Of a stretch of 64,000 bases of DNA, positions 37,457 through 48,496 are shown in pieces. The stretch covers positions 1-64,000 of the forward strand of contig CBFGIT010000003.1 in assembly GCA_965648905.1 (NCBI GenBank). The letters are read 5' to 3'. The stretch's first letter is position 1. Every line of letters starts with the position of its first letter. This stretch comes from a candidate division WOR-3 bacterium (GTDB taxonomy: Bacteria > Hydrothermota > Tepidihabitantia > Tepidihabitantales > Tepidihabitantaceae). The translations under genes were made by a program, and so were the position numbers. The notes beneath the pieces were generated by a model, which worked only from the letters and a program-made list of their open reading frames with translations, did not search any database and was not told where the DNA came from.

Positions 37457-39100
37457 CTACCTGGATACAAGCACAAGCTTCACTCTTGGCGTACGCCCCT
37501 GATTACTTCTACCGAACCCGGGTACGTGTTTCGGCTCCGCGAAGTAGCAGCCCGGCCCGAGCCGGTTGCCGCGACCGTCGGTCCCGTCCCAGAAGAAGGC
37601 AGCCGACTGCGGACCGTGGACCGTGGACAGGGACAAGGTGCGGACCAGGCGGCCTGCGGCGTCGAAGATCTGCACAGAGGAGACATTGGGGAAACAGAAC
37701 GTGAACTGACGTCCTATGCTCGGGACACGATCCGAATTGCCGGGCAATTCGGTCATGTCCCCGCGCTCGGCCAGGCCGGAGCCGTGACCGCGCCAGACGC
37801 ATATCGGGTTATTCGACACCGGGCCGATGTTGTCGGAGTTGAACCCGGCGACGATGTCCTGTTCGAAGAAAACCGTAACCGAGTCGCCGGTGCAGTTGCG
37901 GGCGATAACCGGGAACCGTTTCGAGGTCTGGTCGGTCGGCACCAGCTTGAACGGCTCGGTCCAGAAAAGGCCGTCGTCCGAGCAGGAGAGGAAGACATCG
38001 GCCCGAAGCAGGTCTGTGCTCGGCTCGACATTCAATGAGTCGAACTGCTCCCAGGCAACGTAGAGCCGGCCGTTCTCCTGATTCTCGCCGATGCTCGGCC
38101 GACCGCAGAGGGCGGCGTTGGCTCCGAACCCGCCAGCGAGGTTGTGCGACTCGGCCCGATGGATTCTCGACCACGTTGCCGCCGCGATGTCGTACAGCCA
38201 GATTTCGGCCGGGTTCCAGTAGGCCGAGTCGCCGATAAGCGGAACGAGCGTGGTCACAAGCAGCGGGTTGTCGCTGCGGTCCATAACGAGACCCGCGCCG
38301 ATTGCGCAGACCGTACCGGTGTCACCACCGAACGCGTCGGGCGGGGTCAGGGTCGTGATGGGTTCCCAGTTCGCGCCTGCATCGGTGGACATGCGGTAGT
38401 GCAGGGCCATCTCGGCATTGCTGCCTGACATCCAGGTCGCAACGAGCTTCCCGGACGTATGCGAGGCGATGAGGTTATGGCCGAATGCACCGGTCTGAAT
38501 CCAGCCGGTCGGCAGCTCCCAGTTGCACCAGCTTGTGCTCCGGGTGTAGAACAGGTTGTCTGACACCGCGAACTTGATGATGAGCAGATGGGTCGTGCCG
38601 TCCGCAGTCGCCGCCGCCACCGGCAGGAAGTAACCTTCAAGGTCAGGAGCGCCGTCGCAGTATGAGAAGATCCCTCCGCCAGGAGCCACGTCTTTGGCGA
38701 CAATCGGCACAAAGGTCGGCGGCATGCCGCCGGTTGAGTAGTGGCAGGCGATAAGCGCAGCGCCGTCTGCCGGGTTCAGTTCCAGCGAGCCGTACCCGGT
38801 GCGCTGGGTTTGACTGTTGATGCCCGAGGCCATGAAGTCAGGGTCGTTCCAGTTCCAGGTTCCGGTGTTGCGGTCAAAGTAGTTGTAGCGGACCGTGCGG
38901 TCCGGCCAGTTCGAGCCGTAAGGTAGCGCGCTGTACAACCAGATGACGTGGATACCGTTGGTCGGGTCCTGCGCCACCCACTGCAGGGCCGGGACCGAGT
39001 TCTGGTTGTCGAAGGTCGTGCCGCCAACCGTATCCACGATTCCGACCGGCTGGGCGACCGTCAGGCAGGTCGAGGTCAAGAGTATCGCAAAGAACCTCAT
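37457..39100 (-). CDS. Secreted protein with Asp-box motifs and FlgD-Ig/T9SS-like C-terminus
   Basis: Signal peptide, STDAGANW and SDDGLFW Asp-boxes, IFDAAGRLVRTL..WDGTD..G....G.YF. Confidence 0.8.
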   Translation of the reverse strand: MRFFAILLTSTCLTVAQPVGIVDTVGGTTFDNQNSVPALQWVAQDPTNGIHVIWLYSALPYGSNWPDRTVRYNYFDRNTGTWNWNDPDFMASGINSQTQRTGYGSLELNPADGAALIACHYSTGGMPPTFVPIVAKDVAPGGGIFSYCDGAPDLEGYFLPVAAATADGTTHLLIIKFAVSDNLFYTRSTSWCNWELPTGWIQTGAFGHNLIASHTSGKLVATWMSGSNAEMALHYRMSTDAGANWEPITTLTPPDAFGGDTGTVCAIGAGLVMDRSDNPLLVTTLVPLIGDSAYWNPAEIWLYDIAAATWSRIHRAESHNLAGGFGANAALCGRPSIGENQENGRLYVAWEQFDSLNVEPSTDLLRADVFLSCSDDGLFWTEPFKLVPTDQTSKRFPVIARNCTGDSVTVFFEQDIVAGFNSDNIGPVSNNPICVWRGHGSGLAERGDMTELPGNSDRVPSIGRQFTFCFPNVSSVQIFDAAGRLVRTLSLSTVHGPQSAAFFWDGTDGRGNRLGPGCYFAEPKHVPGFGRSNQGRTPRVKLVLVSR

Positions 39101-39114
39101 GTCGTTCCTCCAGT

Positions 39115-40698
39115 CTATCGGACCACAACGATGCTGATGTGTCGGCCCGAGTGCTCAAGGCGGTAGACACCGGTCACCAGTCCGGCAGTGCTCAATTGGT
39201 CTTCGCCCTCGGTAACCAGGCGTCCGGCAGCCGAGAACAAGCGGTATCTGCCGGGCAAGGATAGAACGTTGCCGGCCGGAAAGAAAGTGGATGTGGGATG
39301 CGCGCCGAAAAGTCGCGTAGCTTCGGACGTCTCCGGCCGCTCGGCAATGCCGGCTGCTGCGGCTGTGTACGAGTAGGCCATCGTACCAAACGGGTAGTGG
39401 CTTACCGGCACGAGATAGACCGTCTGATACGCCGTGTCGAAGCCGGGCACGCTCGCCCTGGCGTGCTGCAGCGAGTCGAGCGTCAACGTGTCGAGCACCA
39501 TGCGCCGGCCGACCGAATCATGACAGATTAGATACAGCCGGAAGTCAGCCTCGTCCGCGCCGTCAAAGGTCAGTTCCAGATCCCGGCCCCGTTGGAACCG
39601 AACGTACTCGCCAGCCCAGCGTTGCAGGCTGGCGTTGCGCGACACCGGATAATTCGAGTGGGTCGTGACGCCGAAGCGCGGCACGCGCTCGCCGAAGTAG
39701 CCGTAGCGGCCGCTGAAGTACGCGGTGTCGTTGATGATATTGGCCAGCACCCAGCCGTCGAGCACGTCCTCGAACCGCTCGAACCGGCCGGTCGCGGCAA
39801 AGCCGGCATCAACGCCCTCGATGCTTGCCTGGGGCGCGGCAACAATGTTGCGAATCAGGTCGGTGCCGACCCGGCCGCCGTACTGCTCGTAGAGGTATAG
39901 AAAGAAAAGGTAGGTCTTGATGTAGTCGGCCCATTGCCCGTTCCACGCGGTCAGGTCGTTGTCCGGGTTGGAGTTGAACCCGGATATCGGGTCAGGTGAG
40001 CCATAGAGCCACATCGCCAGCTCCGAACAGCCTTCGTCGACCCAGAGCGACTCGGCCGGGTCATAGTTCCAGTGAATCATGTGGCCGAACTCGTGGGCGG
40101 CAATCGCGATCCGATAGTCACCAGCCGGGTTCGCCGGGTAGCAGTCGAGGTAGACGCACTCGACCTCGTTTGAGTGGTAGCCGAACAGCCGCAGTGACGT
40201 CGTGTCGTAATACTCGTCGAAGAATTGCCAGAACCCGTCAAACTGGTAGCCGTGGAACTGACCGATGTTGTAGTAGAGCAGATAGATGGCAGAGTCGTTG
40301 TCAATGGCATCGGGTGGCTGGCCGAGCACGGTGGTGTTATGATACCAGACGCCGTGATGCGAGTCGCGGGGACTGGAGTTTTCGAAGCGTTCGGCGATGC
40401 GGACGACGTCCTCGGAGTCGACGACGCCGGCTTCCCACACCGAGTCGTGGACCATCACGTAGACGTGCGGGCCCAGGGCGCGGCAAGTCAGCTCGGCCTC
40501 AAACTGCTGGGGCGGCATCACGCTCATGTTCTGCAGCCACATCAGCCGGGTCTCGCCGACCCGGGGTGGACTGGCGCCGTCTCTCGGAACCGGTCGAGCT
40601 ACGGGTGCGACCGGCCGCAGCGCGTTGAAGACTTGCGTGCCGCACCGCATCGGTGCGGAGTTGGCCTGTACGGTGAGGAAGACGGTCAGTATCAGCAT
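39115..40698 (-). CDS. Secreted zinc metalloprotease with C-terminal sorting-like domain
   Basis: AHEFGHMIH, W.DEGCSE; propeptide RCGT; C-terminal FSAAGRLV...TGVY. Confidence 0.8.
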   Translation of the reverse strand: MLILTVFLTVQANSAPMRCGTQVFNALRPVAPVARPVPRDGASPPRVGETRLMWLQNMSVMPPQQFEAELTCRALGPHVYVMVHDSVWEAGVVDSEDVVRIAERFENSSPRDSHHGVWYHNTTVLGQPPDAIDNDSAIYLLYYNIGQFHGYQFDGFWQFFDEYYDTTSLRLFGYHSNEVECVYLDCYPANPAGDYRIAIAAHEFGHMIHWNYDPAESLWVDEGCSELAMWLYGSPDPISGFNSNPDNDLTAWNGQWADYIKTYLFFLYLYEQYGGRVGTDLIRNIVAAPQASIEGVDAGFAATGRFERFEDVLDGWVLANIINDTAYFSGRYGYFGERVPRFGVTTHSNYPVSRNASLQRWAGEYVRFQRGRDLELTFDGADEADFRLYLICHDSVGRRMVLDTLTLDSLQHARASVPGFDTAYQTVYLVPVSHYPFGTMAYSYTAAAAGIAERPETSEATRLFGAHPTSTFFPAGNVLSLPGRYRLFSAAGRLVTEGEDQLSTAGLVTGVYRLEHSGRHISIVVVR

Positions 40699-40770
40699 TG
40701 GCTCTCCAAGTATGAACTCAAGAGTAATTCTATTGGGCGCGGCCCGGATGTCAAAGCACCGGCCGGCGCG

Positions 40771-42651
40771 TCACTCGGACTTCAGCTCTCTGACCGTGGC
40801 GAGAAAACCACTGGGCCGGCCGCGGCCGTCGCGCAGAAGCGTCGCGTTCAGCTCAGCCCGGAAGCGCGAGCCGTCACGGCGCAGCATGACGTACTCGACG
40901 CCCTTCAGGGTTTCGCCGGCCCGGGTGCGTTCAATGTTGGTCCTGGCCCGGGCATGCTCTTCTGGTGCCAGCAGCTCAAGCGCGTTCCTGCCGAGCAGCT
41001 TCTCGGCCCGGGCCACGCCGTGCATCCGCAGCGCCTCGGACGAGACGTAGGTAATGGTACCTTCGAGGTCGGTCGCCGTGACCGCGTAAGGCAGGGCACG
41101 CAGCAATGACGCGCAGAACTCCTCGGAGTCGTGCAGTGCCTGGTCCCGGGTTCGGCGCTCAGTGATGTCACGGACCAGAACCAGAGTCGCGGGCTCGCCG
41201 GCCCAGACTATGCGGCTGGCGTTGATTTCAACCGGAACCTCGGTCCCGTCCTGCCGCACCGCGGTCAGCTCGTAGCGTGCCGGCGCTGGCTCGCCGGCAA
41301 TGCGCCGGTGCAGCCGGTCCATGACCCAGGTTGTGTCGTCTGGTCGGATGATGTCGCGGACGTGCAGACCGAGCATCTCCTCGACCGTTCGGCCGAGCAA
41401 TTCCGCACCTCGACGGTTGACGTACCGATGTCGGCCGTCGGCGCCGACGATGCCGATGCCGTCGGGCAGGCTCTCGGCCAGGGCCCGGAAGCCGGCCTCG
41501 CTTTCGACCAGCGCCCTCTCTGCCTGTCTGAGCGCGGTTAGGTCTTGCGCCATCAACATGCTTCCCTCGTGTTCGCCGGTTGGTCCGAACAGCGGCCGGC
41601 TGAGCCACGACAGAACCCGCTCCACTCCGTCCTTGGTCACGATTGCCGCCTCGAGCTCCACAGGCTCGGCCGCCGCACCGCTGGTCGAGAACAACCGAGC
41701 CCGGTCAGCCGCGTCGGGCAGTAGAAGCATCCAGACGTCAGACGCACCCTGAACCTGGTCCCGTGGGTAGCCCGTGAGCAGTTCTGCCGCCCGATTCCAG
41801 GACCGCACCCTGCCGCCTAGGTCAACGACCGCGGAGAACATGCGCGCGCTCTCGGTGATGCTCTCACGGAGCTGACTTAGTGCGGCGAGTTCGGTCAATG
41901 CCTGACGATGCTCGCTTGCGTCATTGACGACCGCCAGCAGGTAGGTGGGCGTTCCGGACTGGTCACAGACGTTGCGTATGGTCTCACGCACCCAGCCAAT
42001 CGAGCTGTCCTTTCGGACCACACGGTAGTCACGGGTAACGATGTAGTTTGGAACCGCACGCAGTTTTTCCGAGGCCCCCCGCATCCGGAGCAGGTCTTCG
42101 GGATGGATGATGTCACGCCAGCGTACGCGGCCAGACAGAAACTCATCTTCGGAGTAGCCCGTAATCTCCCGCACCGCGCCCCGCAGGAACAGCGGCGAGT
42201 AATCAAGTTGCCCGAAGAACGCGATGCCCTGGAAACTGTCAATGAACAACCGATACCGGTCTTCGACGGCACGGTGCTCAGCTTCGGCCTGCAGTCTCGC
42301 CCGGATGTCGCGCAGAACCAGAACCGCACCGACCACGGCCCCGGCCGGGACTTTCACGACCCGGGCCGACACGCCGACCGGAACCTGACTGCCGTCCGAG
42401 GTTCTGACGCTCATTTCCTTGCAGCAGAGCTCGCCCTGGGCGAACACCCGGGCAAGCGCCTCATTGAGCTGTGCCGCGGGTTCGAACAACGAATTCGCGG
42501 CCTGGCCCTCGAGCCCGAGCGGCCCCGATTTCACCAACCGGCGGGCCGACTCATTCGCACCGATGATTGTACCTTCGGTTGAGACCACCAGCACGGCATC
42601 AAGCATCGCATCGAGGATGCTGCCGGCCTCCCAATGCAAGGAAGTTGACAT
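40771..42651 (-). CDS. Multi-PAS domain protein (about five PAS/PAC units, no output domain)
   Basis: Repeated PAS-PAC units (N..A..L.G, IHPED, RKD/DG..., RDIT); ends right after the last PAC. Confidence 0.85.
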   Translation of the reverse strand: MSTSLHWEAGSILDAMLDAVLVVSTEGTIIGANESARRLVKSGPLGLEGQAANSLFEPAAQLNEALARVFAQGELCCKEMSVRTSDGSQVPVGVSARVVKVPAGAVVGAVLVLRDIRARLQAEAEHRAVEDRYRLFIDSFQGIAFFGQLDYSPLFLRGAVREITGYSEDEFLSGRVRWRDIIHPEDLLRMRGASEKLRAVPNYIVTRDYRVVRKDSSIGWVRETIRNVCDQSGTPTYLLAVVNDASEHRQALTELAALSQLRESITESARMFSAVVDLGGRVRSWNRAAELLTGYPRDQVQGASDVWMLLLPDAADRARLFSTSGAAAEPVELEAAIVTKDGVERVLSWLSRPLFGPTGEHEGSMLMAQDLTALRQAERALVESEAGFRALAESLPDGIGIVGADGRHRYVNRRGAELLGRTVEEMLGLHVRDIIRPDDTTWVMDRLHRRIAGEPAPARYELTAVRQDGTEVPVEINASRIVWAGEPATLVLVRDITERRTRDQALHDSEEFCASLLRALPYAVTATDLEGTITYVSSEALRMHGVARAEKLLGRNALELLAPEEHARARTNIERTRAGETLKGVEYVMLRRDGSRFRAELNATLLRDGRGRPSGFLATVRELKSE

Positions 42652-42985
42652 CTAACCTCGCCCTTGTCCGGAAACAGCGCCTTCAGTCCCGCTTCCGGCG
42701 ACGATGCCGCCGGGCAGGGACTGCCTTTCTCGCTTCCGAGCGAGCAGATTGAACACCGGCCCGGCCGTGAACGCGTCGGCGTGCCGGGTTGGGGCCAAAC
42801 TCATGATGTCTTGTCTGCGGTGCGGCTCAGGCCGTGCCCGCACAAGAGAGGCCGATGCCGCTCCGCTGGCCGGCAGGGCACCTGCCGGCATTCTTGCTGC
42901 CCCAAGATAACACCAGGATCCGGTTTGTCAAGCTCGAATCGTCCCAATGTGCCGGATTTGACATCCAAGACATGACCGGCTACAA

Positions 42986-44002
42986 TTGCCCGGTCTGTTT
43001 GCGGCGAGGGCGATGCTTGGGCATCGTGCCTCGCTTCGTCTTGACAGAAAGAACCGGAGTCAGCTTCTGCGTTACTGCATCGTCGTCTTCACAGCTCTGC
43101 TCGCCGCCGGACCGGTGCCGGCAGCGAGCTTGAGTGACGGTATCGTCCATCAGAGAATCGACCCAAGTCTGCGCGTCGAGGTCAACGGTCAGGAGTACAC
43201 CTGGGGTCAGGTCGGCCGTTTTGTGCTGCCCGGCGACACTCTGCGGCTTCGGATAGTCGGCAGCTCAGCCGGGAGCGGTTGGGTTGCTTCGGCCGGCGAG
43301 TTGTTCGAAGCCGACGGAGCCACGTGCTGGGTAGCACCGGACCAGATCGGGCTGTGTCAGCTTATCACTGCCGTTGGCGCTGCAACCAAACACATCAACG
43401 CCTTCGTCATGATCCCATACGACAGCCTGAAGAATGGCTATCTCCGTGGCGTCCGCGTCGGCAAGTACCCGGGTTCCAGTCCTTTTCCCAATTTTACCAA
43501 GCCGCGTGGATTCATCATGGTCACGCCTGAAGTGCTGGACGTACCCGTGTCCGACCGGTACGTATTGCGGGACTTCGTGCCGAGGCAACCAGAGTGCTTC
43601 CCGAACTTCATGGCCTTGCGTGAGGAACTGCTCATCAAGCTGGAGCTGTTCACCGACCTGGTGCAGGCCCGGGGCTACCAGTGTGACAGACTGACCGTCA
43701 TCAGCGGCTTCCGCTCACCGTATTACAACCGCAGGAACCGCTCCGGGCGCAACAGCGCCCATGTCTATGGCGGTGCGGCCGACCTCATCGTCGATGCCAA
43801 TCACGACGGGCACATGGATGACCTCAATCATGACGGCGCGGTGAACCGGCGTGACTCCAAGCTGCTGGCCGGTCTGGTGGACGAGCTGGAAGAACGGCAT
43901 CCGGAGCTGGTCGGCGGCTGCGGCTGGTATTCACGGACCCGGTACCGGGGTCCTTTCATCCACGTTGATGTCCGCGGCGCGCCGTCGCGCTGGCATCAGT
44001 GA
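42986..44002 (+). CDS. Peptidase M15A / YcbK-like D-Ala-D-Ala metallopeptidase (start uncertain)
   Basis: ISGFRSPYYN, SAHVYGGAAD, FIHVDVRG; DxNxDG loops; signal-like segment about 25 codons in. Confidence 0.82.
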   Translation: MPGLFAARAMLGHRASLRLDRKNRSQLLRYCIVVFTALLAAGPVPAASLSDGIVHQRIDPSLRVEVNGQEYTWGQVGRFVLPGDTLRLRIVGSSAGSGWVASAGELFEADGATCWVAPDQIGLCQLITAVGAATKHINAFVMIPYDSLKNGYLRGVRVGKYPGSSPFPNFTKPRGFIMVTPEVLDVPVSDRYVLRDFVPRQPECFPNFMALREELLIKLELFTDLVQARGYQCDRLTVISGFRSPYYNRRNRSGRNSAHVYGGAADLIVDANHDGHMDDLNHDGAVNRRDSKLLAGLVDELEERHPELVGGCGWYSRTRYRGPFIHVDVRGAPSRWHQ

Positions 44003-44685
44003 GGACTAGTCCACTTCAGTCAATCAGCCTGATTCTGCTTGCCATTCTGGTGATGGCATGGGCCGAGTTCTACCTGCCGATTCGCGAGGGTCTTCAGGTG
44101 GATATCGTGCAGGTCGCGGTACGGATGTATCGTACCCGGCTGGCAACCGCGGCTCTCCGAGAGCAGCTCCCACTGCTTGGACAGAAGACCGCGGACCTCA
44201 CCGCGCAGTTGCAGGACCTCTCCCGTCAAGTCGCCAGCGCCTTTTCCAACGAGCTGTATCTTGTGGTCAATCCGGCGACAAACCGGTTGGCCATGCGCCG
44301 CGGCCAGAACGTGCTGCTCGAGGCGACGATTTCAACCGGGAGCAATGACTCACTGGCGCGCACGGGCAGGAAATGGGTCTTTCGTACCCCGCGCGGAGCC
44401 ATGACCGTGCTGCGCAAGAAGAAGGACCCGGTCTGGGTGAAACCGGACTGGGCGTTTCTGGAAAAAGGAGAGCCGGTGCCGCCGTGGAACTCGCCCCTGC
44501 GGCGCGAGAAGGGCGTACTCGGTGACTATCTGCTCGATTTGGGTGGCGGAGTAATGATTCACGGCACACCGATGGAGCACCTGCTCGGCCGCAGCGTCAC
44601 GCACGGCTGTATCCGGGTCGGCAGGCAGGACCTGAAAGTGCTGTACGATTCGGTGCCGGTCGGCACCAGGGTGTACATCTTCTGA
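43999..44685 (+). CDS. L,D-transpeptidase (YkuD family)
   Basis: ISTG, TPRG, DPVW..PDW, IHGT...THGCIR, GTRVYI. Confidence 0.92.
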   Translation: MRTSPLQSISLILLAILVMAWAEFYLPIREGLQVDIVQVAVRMYRTRLATAALREQLPLLGQKTADLTAQLQDLSRQVASAFSNELYLVVNPATNRLAMRRGQNVLLEATISTGSNDSLARTGRKWVFRTPRGAMTVLRKKKDPVWVKPDWAFLEKGEPVPPWNSPLRREKGVLGDYLLDLGGGVMIHGTPMEHLLGRSVTHGCIRVGRQDLKVLYDSVPVGTRVYIF

Positions 44686-45338
44686 TGGCGACCGGGTTCA
44701 GGAACCTGCTGAGCGTCCTGGCCACCGTGTTCGCTGGGCTGGCCATCACCCGCCTGGCAGATGCGGTCGGCAAGCGCGAGCTCGTGCGGGCCGCGAGTGA
44801 GGTTCAGGCCGAGCATGACTCGGTGCGGGCTGAGTTCGATGCCCTGGAGTTGACCAGCCGGCGTCTGAAAGAAGACCAGGAGTTCCTGAGCTTTCGACTG
44901 GCCTCTTTCTCCAAGCGGGAGCCGTACTTGATTCTCGAACGGGGACGGAGCCGCCTGACTCTCGCGGTCGGCGACAAGACCATCCTGGAGACAAAGTTCC
45001 GGCTGCGCGGGCCGGAACATGCTCAGGAAGAACTGGCCCGTCTTTCCGGAGCAACGCTCGAAGTACTGGCGACGCGGGCCAACACCAACTGGTATCGGCC
45101 CGACTGGCTCTATCGCCTGGAGGGGGTCGAACCGCCGCGCGACTCTGCGGCCCGCATCGTAGCTAACGCCTTTGGTCCGGGTGAAGTTTTCCTCGGCGGC
45201 GACATCGTCATTCACGGGCCAGCCAGCGAAAACGTGCCGGCTGAGGCGATCGACCACAGCTACATTGAGCTTGACACCAATGCGCTCAAGACCGTGCTCG
45301 AAGCGGTCAAGCCGGGCACCGCGGTGCGCATTCGCTAG
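44685..45338 (+). CDS. L,D-transpeptidase-like protein lacking the catalytic Cys
   Basis: WYRPDW, IVIHG, DHSYIEL in place of THGCIRV, KPGTAV.I. Confidence 0.7.
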   Translation: MATGFRNLLSVLATVFAGLAITRLADAVGKRELVRAASEVQAEHDSVRAEFDALELTSRRLKEDQEFLSFRLASFSKREPYLILERGRSRLTLAVGDKTILETKFRLRGPEHAQEELARLSGATLEVLATRANTNWYRPDWLYRLEGVEPPRDSAARIVANAFGPGEVFLGGDIVIHGPASENVPAEAIDHSYIELDTNALKTVLEAVKPGTAVRIR

Positions 45339-45447
45339 AGTCCCGCCCTTTGACTTACCGTCGGCACACGCTAGGCTTAGGGCGCGATGCGCAACATTCG
45401 CTGGCGGAGCAGGACAGCCACGAGCGCAGCACGAAGAACCGCATATC

Positions 45448-45534
<87 letters not shown>

Positions 45535-45640
45535 TTTTACCACTGGATGGAATGGCTGGCGGAAGCATGTCAGCAGATGGGTCGCGACACGGGTTCTTTT
45601 CGGCCACAAGGCCGAAGATTCGCTGTCCGCTGCGCTCCCA

Positions 45641-45660
45641 TTCGAATCCCACCCTCTCCG
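45641..45660 (+). repeat. Duplicate of the tRNA-Ser 3' end (att-like)
   Basis: ttcgaatcccaccctctccg identical to 45515-45534. Confidence 0.9.
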
Positions 45661-45762
45661 CTCCACTTGTGAAAGACGATGAGCAAGCGCCCGTGACGAA
45701 TCAAGACCCAAGACCCAACACCCGATTCGAACCCGGCGGTACGACGGGCCAGAGGGCACTCT

Positions 45763-48480
45763 ATGCGTGACCGAAAACCGGCCGTACACATCGACCCGGT
45801 CTGCAAGATGCAGGTGACCGGAGGCACCGAGGCAGCCCGGCGTGACTACGACGGCAGAACCTACTACTTCTGCAGCAAGGTGTGCGCCCGGAAGTTCATA
45901 GCCGACCCGGAGCTGTACCTCGGGGCACAGACGAAGTCAGAAGACGCAATGCGGAAGGCAGAGGGCAGCGTTCAGGAGTCGGCCCGAACCATCGATGCCA
46001 AGCCGACGCCGAGCTACCACGTCGACCCGGTCTGTAAGATGCAGGTCATCGAAGGACGCGAGGCCGGCAGGTGGGAGTACAAGGGAAAGGCGTACTACTT
46101 CTGTAACGTGAGCTGCCTGAGGCGGTTCCGGGCTGAACCGGAGAGGTTCCTCAGCGCGGAGAAGTCAGAAATCAGAGTGCAGAATGCAGAAGCCAAGACC
46201 ACGGGACCCGAATCGACATTGCCTGAACCGGTACTGCTTGAAAAGCCCGAACTGGGCAAGACCGAGACCGTCACGCTATCGGTCAGCGGGATGACGTGCG
46301 CCAGTTGTGTGGCAACAGTCGAGAAAGCGTTGAACCGACTCCCCGGTGTGAAGACCGCAACCGTCAACTTCGCCATCGAGAAGGCGATCGTCGAGTTCGA
46401 CCCCAAGGTGACACCGGTCGCGGCACTAAAGCAGGCAGTGACCGAGGTCGGCTACGATGTCCGACCCGACGAAACAGAACTGGATGACCGAGCCGAAGTC
46501 GAGCGTAAGCGGGCGCAGGACCGGCTGCTCTGGGCCTGGTTGCTGGCATTGGTGCCGATGCTCTTCATGGTGCTGCACTGGCTCGGCCTGCACCACATGC
46601 CGTGGATGGTCTGGCTCGACGTGGCGTTCTGCGCCGCGGTGCTCTTTGGTCCGGGCTTGAACACCTTGAAGGGCGCGTGGGGTTCGGTCCGGGCCGGCTC
46701 GGCGTCAATGGACGTGCTGATTGTGCTCGGCACTGGTGCGGCCCTGGTCTCGGGTCTTGCGGTCATCGCCGGCCTGCCCATTAAGAGTTTCGCCGACGTC
46801 GGCGGCATGATTATGGCCGTCAGTCTTACCGGGCGTTACATCGAGGCCCGCGCCAAAGGTCGGGCATCGCAGGCAATCCGCCGGCTCGTAGCCCTTGGTG
46901 CACGTACTGCCCGGGTCCAACTGGTCGACGGCGTTGAGAAAGAAGTCCCGGTTGCACAACTGAAAGTGGGTGACGTGATGGTTGTACGGCCGGGCGAGAA
47001 GATTCCGACCGACGGTCGCATCGTTGAAGGCAGCACCAGCGTGGACGAATCGCTCGCAACCGGCGAGTCGTTGCCGGTCGAGAAGCGGGTCGGCGACCAG
47101 GTCATCGGTGCGACCGTGAACGGCAATGGTTTCATCAAGGTCGAGGCGACCCGAGTGGGCAGGGACACGTTTCTCGCTCAGGTGGTCACGCTGGTCGAGC
47201 AGGCCCAGGGTTCCAAGGTTCCGGTTCAAGCACTCGCGGACCGAATCACGGCAGAGTTCGTGCCGGTCGTACTCGTGGTTGCTCTCGTGACGTTCCTCGT
47301 CTGGCTGTTCCTCGGTCCGAACCTGCGGCCGGTGCTGGTCTGGGCCGGCCGGCTCCTGCCCTGGGTTGACCCGGGCCTGCCCGTGTTTTCGCTGGCGTTC
47401 TCTGCCGCGGTTGCGGTACTCGTAATTGCCTGCCCGTGTGCTCTGGGTCTTGCGACGCCGACTGCCTTGATGGTCGGGTCGGGCATGGGTGCCGAACGCG
47501 GCATCCTGTTCCGGGCAGGTGAAGCGATTCAGACCTTGAAAGACGTCCGCGCGGTCGTTCTTGACAAGACTGGCACAATCACCCAGGGCCGGCCTGCGGT
47601 CACCGACGTCGTGCCCGCACTGGGGACCACGGACACCGACGTACTCACGCTGGCCGCGTCGGTCGAGCAGGGTTCAGAACACCCAATCGCCGAAGCGGTC
47701 GTGGCTGCGGCGCTGGCCCGGAGTCTGAAGCTGCCAGTGGCAACGGACGTGCAGGCAGTTCCCGGACAGGGCGTGAAGGGCCGGGTCAAGGGAGTCGAGG
47801 TCCGGGTCGGCAAGGAACTGCTGCTCAAGGATTGTGGTATCGATTGCCGCGACCTGACCGAAGCAGCCAATCAACTCAAGCAGCGGGCACGAACCGTGCT
47901 CTATGTTGCGGCGAACAACCGGCCGGTCGGCGTCATCGGCGTTGCCGACACGGTCAAACCCGACTCGGTTCGGGCAATTGCCGAGCTGAAAGCCCTGGGC
48001 ATCGTGCCGGTGATGCTGACCGGTGACAATCAGGAGACCGCCACTCAAGTCGGAGCCGAAGCAGGCATCAGTCGCATCATCGCCGAGGTGCTGCCGGCTC
48101 AGAAACAGCAGGTCGTGGAAGAACTGCGGAGAGAATTCGGTACTGTGGCAATGGTCGGCGACGGCATCAACGATGCGCCCGCACTCAAGGCAGCCGATGT
48201 CGGTATTGCCATCGGCACCGGCACGGACGTGGCAATCGAGTCGAGTGACGTGACGCTTGTACGCGGCAGTCTCCTGGGTGTGGTCGCGGCAGTCAAGCTC
48301 TCCCGGGCAACGTTCGCCAAGATACAACAGAACCTGTTCTGGGCCTTCTTCTACAATGTTGGGGCGATTCCGGTTGCGATGCTCGGCCTGCTCCATCCGG
48401 TCATTGCCGAAGTTGCCATGGCCCTAAGCTCGGTGAACGTCGTGACCAATTCCCTGCGTCTGCGCCGCACCCGGTTGTAG
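45763..48480 (+). CDS. copA: Cu(I)-translocating P1B-type ATPase with two YHS domains and one HMA domain
   Basis: DPVCKM...YYFC twice, GMTCASC, TGES, CPC, DKTGT, SEHP, GDGIND, YN and MALSS. Confidence 0.95.
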   Translation: MRDRKPAVHIDPVCKMQVTGGTEAARRDYDGRTYYFCSKVCARKFIADPELYLGAQTKSEDAMRKAEGSVQESARTIDAKPTPSYHVDPVCKMQVIEGREAGRWEYKGKAYYFCNVSCLRRFRAEPERFLSAEKSEIRVQNAEAKTTGPESTLPEPVLLEKPELGKTETVTLSVSGMTCASCVATVEKALNRLPGVKTATVNFAIEKAIVEFDPKVTPVAALKQAVTEVGYDVRPDETELDDRAEVERKRAQDRLLWAWLLALVPMLFMVLHWLGLHHMPWMVWLDVAFCAAVLFGPGLNTLKGAWGSVRAGSASMDVLIVLGTGAALVSGLAVIAGLPIKSFADVGGMIMAVSLTGRYIEARAKGRASQAIRRLVALGARTARVQLVDGVEKEVPVAQLKVGDVMVVRPGEKIPTDGRIVEGSTSVDESLATGESLPVEKRVGDQVIGATVNGNGFIKVEATRVGRDTFLAQVVTLVEQAQGSKVPVQALADRITAEFVPVVLVVALVTFLVWLFLGPNLRPVLVWAGRLLPWVDPGLPVFSLAFSAAVAVLVIACPCALGLATPTALMVGSGMGAERGILFRAGEAIQTLKDVRAVVLDKTGTITQGRPAVTDVVPALGTTDTDVLTLAASVEQGSEHPIAEAVVAAALARSLKLPVATDVQAVPGQGVKGRVKGVEVRVGKELLLKDCGIDCRDLTEAANQLKQRARTVLYVAANNRPVGVIGVADTVKPDSVRAIAELKALGIVPVMLTGDNQETATQVGAEAGISRIIAEVLPAQKQQVVEELRREFGTVAMVGDGINDAPALKAADVGIAIGTGTDVAIESSDVTLVRGSLLGVVAAVKLSRATFAKIQQNLFWAFFYNVGAIPVAMLGLLHPVIAEVAMALSSVNVVTNSLRLRRTRL

Positions 48481-48496
48481 CTGCCAACTGAACCAC

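Noticed and set aside
42652..42891. Small ORF upstream of the PAS gene
   Set aside because: No RBS or recognisable motif; cannot be supported.
45722..45740. T-arm-like ttcgaacccgg as another tRNA
   Set aside because: No acceptor, D or anticodon arms.
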